Positions 48,950 through 60,408 of a stretch of 64,000 bases of DNA are shown in pieces. Below the pieces are notes generated by a model that was given only the letters and a program-made list of their open reading frames with translations, was not told the DNA's origin and did no database searches. The stretch is taken from positions 4,189-68,188 of the forward strand of contig LPNZ01007335.1 of NCBI GenBank assembly GCA_001655205.1, read 5' to 3'. How positions within the stretch are numbered: position 1 is the first letter of the stretch; every line of letters starts with the position of its first letter. This stretch comes from Lenisia limosa. Lineage: Eukaryota; Protista; Breviatea. The translations under genes were made by a program, and so were the position numbers.

Positions 48950-51900
48950 TCACTGTGACGGTTGGCATGGACTAAGACCAACATCATCACCTGCAACAGT
49001 GGAACTGCTGTCATTGGCTTCTTCTTTTAAGCCGTTCCTCTCAGGACTCTCGTCAAGAGAAAGGTGACGCGCTTGCCGTCCATCCAAATATGTCATGTGC
49101 TGGCAACCGGTTTCCGACCTAGACCATCACTCAAAACAAGGTTAAGATCATGACCACCTTTCCAGTTTTGCTGGGAAAGACCAAAGGTCGATGTTTGGAG
49201 GAGGCTCCTGGGTGAGGAATACCGACAGCGATGAAATGTGCACAACATGAACGAGGGGGGCTATGAGGTGAGATAATGACAAATAAAGCTGAGGTTTAGC
49301 TTACCAAGTTCTTTGACTTTCTTCGCCCACTCGGCAGTCTAAATAACATGAAATACATGGATAAAAGCAGGATACAACATCAGTTGGACTCTCACCTGAA
49401 AGAATGACCCAATATTATGTGGGTCAGCTTCACTCGGCAGCGAAATAAGAACAAGCGTAATGCTCTGAATAAATGAGCTTCAAATGTATCGTTTGAAACA
49501 CCATGGGAACATAAAAACCCGGCCACCTCAAGAACTTCATTAGAAGGCAGTGAGTCGATGTTAAGCGGAACAACTATCGCTCCACACTAAAAGAAATCAC
49601 AACTTTGAATTCGATAAAGCGTTGTAGCAGCACATACCGCCAGAAGCAGTCGATGGAAGGCCAAGGGCCGGATGCAGTCAGAAGCACTCGAACTATCCAC
49701 AAGTCCCACCTTGACTCATCAGAATTAACAATCAAAGAAAAGCCAACAAAGCAATGGTGTAACCCAACATACCCTCCACCCTGCGAAAGCGCTCCGAACA
49801 GGAGTCATGCTTTCAGACACAGTGACAGCGTGTCCGTTATAAATGAATTCCTACAATTTCAATGGAATTTGGTGTGATTTTTAACACCCTTCAATATCCC
49901 GCAGATTTCGAAATAGAACTCCCTAACCTCATCTCGTTTCGGCTTGTCTGAAGATGTGGAGTGGTGAGGAACAATGGGGAATGTAGCTGCTTTCGACTAC
50001 AGGGTTAAAGGAAATGCCATCAAAAACCTTATGCGTTCAGCCTACTTTGTAATGGGACCAGCAAGGGCATGGTGGTGCATGTGATGAAGGAACAGGACCG
50101 GGCCGGGCTAGATTCGAAATGGCTCTGATTGACTCTTGCTGCTGCGGGCTGAGGCATGACGACGGGTCCGGCTGCTGCTTGGAGCCCGGGTCGGTAGGGG
50201 GGGATACAGAGGGCGATGGGGATGACAGGACGGGAGAAGGATTGGGTGGGAGGTCAGGAAGTTCAACTTCCTTCATCTCTTTTATGGTGTCAGTTGTTTC
50301 AAGAACGGACAGTAATGTGGTAGGGACAGACACGACATTTGACAGGGCCGGGGACATGGTGCTACTGGGTGGTGGAGACGTAAAGCCGTTAGACACCATG
50401 CTTTGCGAGGTAAAGCCGCAGAGGCCACTGGTTTTGAGATAGGGCGTAGTGTCCATGAGTGGGGCAGTTGTCTGCGCTACAGGTCGGTTTAGAATCTGCT
50501 GCCACCTCTTCGGAGCTGCAATCAGCGCTGACTACAACATTGTCATTCCAAATAGAAAAGCCATTGAATTAATGCAACCTGGTCTAAAAGTGAGAAAACT
50601 TCAAAGCCACAGGAAGCAATCCCTCAATAGAAAACCCAATAATGGACCACAAAAACCCAATAATGGACCACGGATCATACCTGAGAAGGAGTGAGCTTCC
50701 TTATCGCGTTTGGATGCAGGTTATTGAGGGACCACTCTGAATGTTAATTTGTGTTACTCAACTCAACTTTTTTTGTCCTACCATATGGGCCAGGGGGGAG
50801 AAATTTTCGAGCCAAAAGACAAGCTTGAACATAATTCTGAATAGTTGAGCGATATTCTAAGCTTGCATCAGAAAGTGATATTTTGTCACATAATCACTAG
50901 TGCGTGATGACCGACATTCAAGTCGAAATGAAGAACAATGAAGGTACATCCCAAGGTATCCTAGTATCATTGAGACTTGCCGGTCAATTATCATACGAGT
51001 GGATGAGGTATCGGAATACTGTCAGGAAAATGATAGTTCACACGTGTGAAAATAACCCAAAATGTACCGGTATGATATAGTAATAGTATAAAATATATCA
51101 ATATAGCTACATGTTTATTATAGTATAATATATCATATGATATGTTGGAGTAATACTACATCACATTGATGAACAATGATAGGAAGGAGAAAGGGGTCAT
51201 TAAAATGAATTTTTAAAAGTTGACTATTTTTGCAATATCCCAATTTAGAGACGCATAGTATTTCGCTCCAAGCGTTATTGATGTGAAATAATAATCATTA
51301 CTCCACTCACTGTTCTCAGGACCGGACGGCCCAAAGCAACACTTCCAATAAACTTCTCAGAAAGTCTGACTCGATCTGAAATATTAACCGAATCTGCACC
51401 ACTATAACCAACCGATGATGAGATGTGTACAACGAGGGTCGAACGCATTGGTGTCTATCACGTGCCCGCCAAGCTCTTCAATTCCTTGAACATAAGATGA
51501 CTGGTCAATGTCATACTACGATGGCATGTCATTCTTCTCAATAATACTATTTTAACTATTACATATCGATATTCTGTAAGTATTGATTGTGTGTCCATGC
51601 TCAAGGTCTTGAAGGCTGATGCTGAGTCAATGCCAACCTTTCATTAATTCCTGGCGTTTGGCTCGCACAACACCGGTGAGTTGAAATCGATATATTGCCG
51701 GGTTGATTTCTCCAGAATCCGATACAGCTGAGGTGGTGAAAAAGTGGTTGAAAGCAAGTTTAGACAATACAAATTACATACGGGAAATAGAAGAGAAACC
51801 GTCCAGGACCATCAAATTGTCTCGCCAATCTAAAACGTTAGCCATATTGTCACATCCGTTCCAATTAATACTACTCACGAGAACTGATTTCAGTCTTTAT

Positions 51901-54423
51901 GGACTCCGTGTCACTGAAGTTTGAGGACGATGAGAGCAATTCCAATGATTCACTTCGAGATTTCTTGTTCAGCCCGACTGCCAAGGGCATCCGCCTCTTG
52001 AGGTTCTTTAAACTCTTTCGAGTGGCTTCAATAGAAGTCATGGAGCGCGAGACACAAAGAAGCCAATCAGTCTTATGATGACGCCATTGCGCTCCATGCG
52101 TGGCTACGGTCACGTGAGACGGTACAATGTGGATGGAGGGATCTGGCTTTGCTTTGTCACTTTCAATCCTGCGGAACCATCTAACATAGCGTTGCAAGTA
52201 GTGACTGATCGCAGTAATGTCATTATCGTCTTGGCCTCCAATAAGAATGTCACTTTCCCCATCTTGTTCGGTTCCCGCGTTCCCTTTAGAAGAGAATTGG
52301 GCGCAGCATTTGGCGTCAGGGGGCGTCCACATGCTCTCGCAAAGGGGGCAGATGGGGGCAACAAGAGAAGTGTTGTGTACAGAACGTGTGTTCAGCGGGC
52401 TTGGCGGAATATGAATTGCATCATCAGGCTGGATCACCTCCGGTTCCTCAAGGTCAGAGTCGTCCGAATCCTCGTCAGAACTCTCCTATAATGCCATGAA
52501 TCAAGGGGGGCAGAAGTTACTCAAAAACCAACTCACATGAAAGCTCTGGGGGAGGACTTCAGCGTGGGTAGCAGAGTTGATAAGATGGACATCATTCATT
52601 TTGTGGGAAGTGACTAGGGGTGAGGGGGATGCTGTGGATGGAGGAGTTCCAGCATGTACAGGGACTGGCTTGATGTTGGTTGAAAGCTGCGTATGGAACT
52701 AAAGGATGATTAAAAATTGTACGCTTCTCTACTAAAAACAATACAAAGGACCACTTCCCACCGCTTCACTTTCAGGCCAAATTTTGATCAGAAATTTAGC
52801 AGCTTGGGTTTTGTGATGGCATATGTACCAAAGTTTAACAAGTCCTTTCTGCTTCTTCTTACTCAACAATTGAGGGTTTGCTCCAGCAAAGATGAGGAGA
52901 GTTAAGACTCCATAGAACTTCAAATGAACCTGGCGGTAAGAGTTTACTATTGGTGCATCCTTCAAACACTTAGACCCAGCATACTGCTGCTTTCAGAGGC
53001 CTTCCATTTTGAGAATTTGGATCGCATCCATGTCTAATGTCAATTAGTTTCATACAAAAAAAAACGCATAGCAGAAACACACCTGAGTAAACAGTCGACA
53101 ACCGCGGTTCTTCCGAAACAGCATGCAAGACTGAGAGCCTCTGACCCAACGTCCAAAGGGTTTCCACCTGCCGGTCAAAAGAAAACTAGTTTTTACTAAT
53201 GAACACAACCAGCAGCTTCTCACCTGAATGTGACAGATAATGGACAGCTCTAGTGTGTCCGCTTCTAGCGGCCCACCGAATGGCTATGTTTTGCAGCTTC
53301 ATCGTGAGTATCAACAAACCCATGAAAAGTCCCAATAATTGCAATCTGATACAAAGAAAAGTTACCCACTGAGGATACTCGACTTCCTTGCTCCACAAGA
53401 TACTGTACAACATCAAGGTGTCCTTTCTCAGCACTCCTGAACAGCATGAGCGAGACCCATGCTCTCAAACCTTCTTAAGGCTTGCGACACTCGAGCACCT
53501 ATATCGGCTCCTTTGGATAGCAGATACTTAACAACCTCTAAATGTCCACGACGCGCTGCCCACTATGCGGTCAAATCAGTTTTTTGCGAGTTTAAAAAGC
53601 CAAAGAACAGCCTAAAAAAAACCCCACTCTGAATGCATGGTCTGCGTGAACTCTTTGGTTACCACCTTTTTCAACTAGAAGCTTCAAGACCTATTGCATA
53701 AGTGAAGGTAACAAAATGTTAATGGAGTCACATCTGCAGCGCATGCTCAATACCTCAAGATGTCCATTTTGCGCTGCTTCACAAACCGCATTATCGTTTC
53801 CGACCTGGGGGCTGAAGCCGGCCTACACAATGACCTCCAAACAGTAATGTATAATAATACCTCCAGTAGCATTGACACGACAGTGAGATGGCCATTGGAA
53901 ACAGCGCCGAGAAGAGGGTGCAGAGTGGTGTGCTTGGGTAGTGGGACTAAAAACGTTAGCACCTTCCTAAGAGGTTCATCATACAATAAATATGAATGTA
54001 GATATGAAACTAACATGTGAGGAGGAACTCGACCACTTCCGAACTGCCAAAGAAAGAGGCCCATTGAAGAGCAGTCTTGCCGCCAAGGTCAACCTCGTTA
54101 ATTTTCAGCCCCTTTTCTCCAAGGGTGTCAACAAGCATGCTGACACAGGCGACATGATTGTATTCGCAAGAAAGACACAATGCGTCCTGCACTGAATTGA
54201 AACTGGCTTTCGCAATGGCAAGGTACACGTTTAGTACTTTGGTAAAGCCATTGGACGCTGCCCAAACAACGGGATCAGGCTGGATGGCTGTGGCTCGGAA
54301 TCGAAGGAAAAGCGGCATAAGTGTATGTGGCACATGACTAAGTGGGTAGGGCCTCCTGAGGCTGGCCACCTTTTGCAGCGCAAAGTGGAGGAGGGACGGG
54401 CATGGTGGTGGGAGAAGAGACAT
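48950..54423 (-). CDS. BC-box-like N-terminus + ankyrin repeats + tandem BRCT (SLF1/TopBP1-like) protein
   Basis: MSLLPPPCPSLLHFALQKVA; ankyrins (GKTALQWASFFGSSEVVEFLL; LLGAVSNGHLTVVSMLL; EAAQNGHLEVLKLLV; AEKGHLDVVQYLVEQG); BRCT1 GIEELGGHVID...CTHLII..RLSEKFIGSVALGRPVLRTNYVQAC...PYEW..APKRW; BRCT2 SAFAGWRVGLV...LLLACGA..THIIL...FLTQEPPP. Ends TGA 48950-48952. Confidence 0.8.
50869..51081. repeat. Interspersed repeat copy B (intron of ankyrin-BRCT gene)
   Basis: Diverged homolog of 47769-47943 (same ordered blocks). Confidence 0.8.
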
Positions 54424-54722
54424 TAGGCCAGAACTAACTATTATCAATCATTATTCGCGGTGGGCTCATGCCTATTCAATGAGGAGGTCTTCACAGGCTT
54501 CGGGGCAGAAGCAGAAAAACAACAAAGGTTCGAGTTTGACAAAGGCTAGATTCGCCCGCTGCTATATATTGAAATAATTAATAGGTGTGATAGGTGGGTG
54601 GTGGCTGGGGAGGAGCTTTTGTGGGTGTGGGGAATAGCAGGGCCGAAGATCTAGAACCCCCATGCCACTTTAAAAATGTTTTTGATTGAAAAGTTGTGTT
54701 ATCATTCCTTTTTACATTATTT

Positions 54723-57002
54723 ATGACGACTACAAGTATTACTGCAATGACACCTTCATGGGCTACCATCGACCCTGAGAAGATTTCTGCCCAGAACCCT
54801 TCTCAACTCTACAATCTTTGTGGTGGAAAATGGTGCCTCTCAAAAGAATCTACTTCTATTGTAGATCCTATGAACAATGATGAATTCATCAAAATGCCCA
54901 ACACAAAGGCAAGTGAAATCACTCCTTTCATCGGTATGTTCTTGATTGTCGCTCATTGTTGCTTATATAGTTTAAATAAGGTGAAATAAGCATAATGCGG
55001 TCCTTTTCCCATTGTTTCGGACAGTGTTCTCTTTTTTCTGACCAATTTCTGCCTTCATTGCTTCAGAATCTCTCAACTCCTGCCCAAAATCTGGGCTTCA
55101 CAATCCTCACAAGAATCCGGAGCGTTATGTCATGTGGGGCGATGTCACAACCAAAATTGTGATGGAAATGAGAAAACCTGAAGTTGTTGATTATTTCGTT
55201 CGTTTAATTCAACGCGTTTGCCCTAAACATGATGCTCAAGCCAGAGCTGAAGTTTTGGTGACTCGGTTGGTTTCTTTTTTTATCAAGTATGACTTACAAC
55301 TTTAGTGCTATGTTAGAGAACTTCTGTGGTGATCAAGTTCGCTTTATGGCTAGAGGATTCGAAGTTTCTGGCAACCACTTCGGTCAAACCTCCCGAGGCC
55401 TTCGGTTGGTTTGTTTCTTGCCTTATTGCGTCTTGTTTCTACGCTCTTAGGGCAAATTGAAACCCCCTTTTCCGTTTTCTAGCTATGACATTCCTTTTTC
55501 AATAGTGATCCTTTAATCTTTTTAGTTGGCCTTACGGACCCTGTGCTCTCATTGCCCCTTTCAACTTTCCCCTGGAGATCCCTGTTCTCCAACTCATGGG
55601 AGCCGTGTACATGGGTAACAAAGTTCTTCTGAAGTGTGCCTCAATGACCTCCTCTGTCATGGAACAGTATATCCGCCTTATGCACTACTGTGGCGCCCCA
55701 AAAACTGATATTGATCTTATTCACTGTGGTGGTGCAGTTATGGGTCAGCTCATTGAAATGGCTAAGCCCCGTCTTACCCAGGTTGGACTTTTTTTTTTTT
55801 TTTGACAGAAATGTGTTCTTCCTCTGACTCTCTAGTTTACTGGTTCTTCTGTGGTTGCTGAAGAGCTCGCTCGTATCACCAATGGCAAGGTTAAAATTGA
55901 AGATGCTGGTTGGCGAGTAGTGATGATATTTTTTTTGCTGTTGTTGATGTTTTGTCTGACGCAATTTTGACGGATAAAGGTTTCGACGTGAAGATCATGG
56001 GCCCTGATGTTCAGGTTTGTAATCTGCTTTCAACATTTCAACATCATCTTACTTCCCATTTAGGATGTTGAGTACGTTGCCTGGCAGTGCGACCAAGACG
56101 CCTACGCTCTCAGCGGACAAAAGTGTTCAGCCCAGTCCCTCCTTATTGCACACGAAAACTGGATGAAGGCCGGACTGACTGATAAGATGGCAGCCATTGC
56201 CAGTGAGCGCAAGTTGTCCGACCTTAGCATTGGACCTGTTCTTTCACACACCACTGACGAGATCCTCAACAAGCATCTTGGCGCTATCCTCAAGATCCCT
56301 GGTAGCAAGGTCCTGATTGGAGGCAAACCTCTCGTCAACCACAAAATTCCCGAGAAGTACGCTGCTATCGAGCCCACCGCCGGTATGAGGGAAGGGTTGT
56401 TTTTTATACGACATAACCCGATATATTAATACATGAAATCTTTATGTTGCAACCAAGACATCGCTTACGTCGCAGTGTTTGTTCCCATGAAAGAGCTTTT
56501 GAAGAAGGAGAACTTTGGACTTTGCACAACTGAAATCTTTGGCCCATTCCAGGTGGTCACCGAATGGAAGGATGGGGAAGAAGACCAAGTTGTCATGTGC
56601 TGCGAGAGACTCGCCCACCACCTTACCATGGCTGTAAGTGTGGTCGTTCTATCTGTACCCTCTGCATACCCTGGAGCGTTTTGACCTTACAGATCTGCTC
56701 CAACGACCCCTGCTTCATTGAACGCATGGCTGGAATGACGGTCAATGGCACCACTTACCTTGGGATCCGTGCTCGTACCACTGGCGCTCCCCAGAACCAT
56801 TGGTTCGGCCCTGCTGGTGACCCACGTGGTGCTGGAATCGGAACCATCGAGTGGGTGCTCCTTCAGTTACCTTTGATCTATCACATTTCTTAATGTTTCT
56901 CACTTTCCTACTAGGGCTATCCGCTACGTTTGGTCATGCCACCGCGAACTTATTCAGGACTTTGCCGTTCCCACTGGCTGGACCCGTCCCCCTCCTTCCT
57001 AA
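54723..57002 (+). CDS. ALDH12A1: Delta-1-pyrroline-5-carboxylate dehydrogenase, ALDH12 (plant-type) family
   Basis: WATIDPEKISAQNP, CPKSGLHNP, FLENFCGDQVRFMARGF, WPYGPCALIAPFNFPLEIP, FTGSSVVAE, IEDAGFDVKIMGPD, CDQDAYALSGQKCSAQS, EIFGPFQV, TTGAPQNHWFGPAGDPRGAGIGT; TAA 57000-57002. Confidence 0.97.
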
Positions 57003-57074
57003 TCCTTGTCGAACTCCAGTTTATTTATTTATGTATGCATATATTGACTTAACACGGGATCATTGCACAAAATT

Positions 57075-59908
57075 CTATTGCTCCTCATACAAGTTAAGAT
57101 TGAGGCGAAGCTGCGGTTTATAGCCCATATCGATATCGTCTTCTTCAGTCTCATCAGTCTCATCATCAGTCTCTTCTTCGTTACCTAAAGAGAGTTTAGG
57201 CAATATGTAGAAATGAGAAAGAAAACAATGGTATCAATAGTTGACATGTCATACTCTCAAATCAATATCCAGCTAAACCATCTTTATCATACCGCTGCTG
57301 CCATGATACGGACGCCTAACTAGAGGCTCTTCATCCGAATCCAAATATCGCCGCGTTCGCCTTTTGGGTCTTCTTGATCCTCCAATAAGCTGTAGTATTA
57401 GCAAAACCCTTTCAAGTGTAATAACTTACTTCTTGTTGTGGTGACGGTGTGCGAGGCGAAAAGGAGGAAGGTGCTGCAGATAAGCTAAAAGTGAGAAAAG
57501 GAACACTTCTCATATCAACTGCTTTTGGCAATAACTATTGCTCTATATAATTTATAACAACGTGATTTTCCACTCTGTTAGTGAAGAAAAGACTACACTG
57601 ATATGTGTTTTACTGCTATTAATGCTTACCATGATCTATGACTGGCTCTTTCTATCAAGAAAAAAAAAATTACCAATCACTTCAAGAAAATAGAGAAATG
57701 CTAATATGTTGCACTGGAAGCTATATACAGCATACCTGAGTGACAGTTTGGGAACTGAGGGTGCTGGAGTTCGAGAGGATACTAAATTGAGAGAGCTGAC
57801 TGGGGCAGGAACAGAGGGCACAGCTAAGGGGGAGGTAGTGGGTGGGGAAGAGTCCAGAAAAACAGGGTTGCGAGATTCGACAGGCTCAGGGACTGGTTCT
57901 TGTGGAGAAGACCCTACTTCAGAGTTGGTACTGAGAATTTTGGTAGAATCCACCATTGGAAGGCCTTGAGACCTGAGTTCTGTTCACAATTGAAGTGAAT
58001 CGTACCTTGATAGTCGACCATTGTCGACATTGCTGATGCTGCAGGAGACGGAGGGGAAGCTGTCATCGAGGCTATTGACGGAACAGGGCTAATGGGATAA
58101 GACTAGCTTGAAAATGAGGATGTTACCTTGAAAGGAAATGGGAGATTCCATATTCATCAGCGCTGTCATCAGCACTTGACATGGAAGTACTTTGGCTGGA
58201 TTCGTGTTCCGACGATTCGGGTTCCAGGGTTTCATCTGACTTGCCTTGGCTCTCAATAAGATCTTCATATCTGATAGTAAATAAAGTAGTGAGCAGCTCA
58301 CCTTCGTCTTGCTTTATTGGCATTATCAGTTGCTCCACTTGTTAGAGATGGAGCGACTGACGTTTCCGGGATGAGAACACTGTCAAGCTCTAATTAATAA
58401 GACTCTACTACACACTACACAATTGGGTGGGGGATAGCAATTCGCATACTTTTTCGCCTTGCAAGGTAAGGCCAATGTGAACCAACAACCAAAGATTTTG
58501 GCCTTGGGATATGTATCACTTTTTTTGGTGCATTGATTTCAAACAGCAATGTCTGGGCAGATTGCAAAAGTGGCAAACGTTTGACTGTAGCAAGTCCTAC
58601 AGCAGGCTTATGTTTTGAGTATGTCACATGGGTTGGAATATGCTCCCCAGCTCTGGGCACTACTCTGGAAAATAAAACAATAGGCTATCATCGCATGGTC
58701 AAAGATATCAAAAACTTTGGCAAACTCTCGTCGTCTTGCACGCTGACGCCTTCCAATGCTCTTCTCCTGTTCAATAACTTCCTCGACAGTGAGTTCGGAA
58801 ACCATGGGGGTCCAATGTGTCACACTTTCGGCAGCGGGACGAATGACATTTGATACTATAATATGGTAAAGGAAGATCATACGTAAACAAGAATTAGTTG
58901 TCCACTTACACTCAGGGTCTTCTTCATCAATTTCTTTGTACTTAATTAATGTGTTTGCGGCAATCTAAAGAGTTACATCTTTTCAAACAAATACTTCTTC
59001 AACAAACCTGTTCTTTAATTGAATGGGATATCAAAGGGATAAACTCTCGTGGAAGAGAAAGATCACAACAGAGGCACGCAGCAAAGAGGTCTGGTGAATT
59101 GTGGGCTGAAGTAATATCCCTAATAGATTATCTCAGCAAGTATGCCTTTACCATTGGAAGCAGTCTTCAAGAGTTAACGAGCCAACTCGAATGTCAAGGA
59201 TAATGTCAATTAATTTGCCTTTACCAGCAGGCCTTGTAAGTTAGGAAAACTTCATCAAAAAGGAACGAAAAAAGAGGAGGGCAAACCGTTCAGCTGCAAA
59301 AAGAATGTTTTGCGGTGAAAAAGCGCGAACTTGGCGGACAATATCCATTTCCACTTGTTTGAGAACACTAGGGCTGACATCGTGATCCTAGAAAAGTAAG
59401 AAATCAGACTGTGCTTCCAAAAAGCATCCGCTCACTTCACAAATAATTTTTGCGAGTTCCACGAAGGAGATTTGGGGGTCGTGGCAATTCCAGGTCACTG
59501 TTTCAGTGACTTTGCTGGTTCCGGTGTCAAATTCTAACCGCAGTGGAATTATCATTTCTAGAAATTAATAAAAAGGAGAATTTCGCCCAATCAACCCCTA
59601 TTGAAAAAAAAAAAGGTATCGCAAAAATAAGTAATGGATGGAAATAAGGTAAGCGTGCGCAAAAAATAGTCTCATTGTTGTTTCAAGGTCAAAAGTTCAA
59701 ACAATAAATATAATAACAAACCTTTTTTGGGAATCAGAGGAGTGATACCAACTTCGTCTGTAACTTCAGCAAGAGTGGGTGGAGGTGGTATTGGGGTTGG
59801 ATCTCTATTAGTGGCTTCATTTGAACGGGCTAGTACCTGCTCTAAAAACTTGGTCTTTGTAAAAAGGCAATCTAAGCCAAGAATTGAGGAAAGAAGAGGC
59901 TTCCCCAT
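57075..59908 (-). CDS. SNF5: SNF5/SMARCB1 (SWI/SNF core subunit) with long C-terminal extension
   Basis: Rpt1 EMIIPLRLEFD..KVTETVTWN...ELAKIICED; Rpt2 LIDIILDIRVGSLTLEDCFQWD..NSPDLFAACLCCDLSL..FIPLISHSIKEQ; WTPMVSELTVEEV...RRQRARRR; then a low-complexity/acidic tail to TAG 57075-57077. Confidence 0.92.
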
Positions 59909-60408
59909 TTGCTTTACTTGTATCTTCTTCTTTCTTCTATCTATCTACAGATTATCTATATTATCCTATTATTTCTCTATTATTTAGTTTTTCCTCCAAA
60001 TTCAAATTTCCTCAATTATATCTGATGATTGAAACTCTGGCTCCCAGCAAAAAGAAAAAAAAAACGGCCGATTTCCTTTCAATTTAGGTTTTATTGTCAA
60101 CGGCGTTGCAACGTTTGGAATGGTGGTTCAAAAAGACAAGCAGAAAATAATGCCACCAATGTATTTCCCTTGACCTTTTGTCTGGGTAATATTATTTTCT
60201 GTGTCTTGTCCATGGAGTGTATCTAGCAAGTGAGACCAGGTTGTATATTATTCTAGTTACCTAGTTACCAGCTTAGTTATATCTCTCAAGCGAAAACATT
60301 GCGAAAACATGTCAGAATAATATAGGCGATTTTATTCGAGAGTGGAAAAGCCCAGAAAGGCCTGAAGAAATATTGTACATGATGACAAAAGCAATACACC
60401 GCTTTAGC

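Noticed and set aside
15328-54423. DNA-damage/ADP-ribose 'cluster' (FET, MacroD, BRCT protein)
   Set aside because: The genes are spread over 40 kb with unrelated genes between them; there is no evidence of linkage beyond chance.
59217-59224. U5 snRNA loop-1-like GCCTTTAC
   Set aside because: It is one T short of the invariant loop and is antisense to a SNF5 coding exon.
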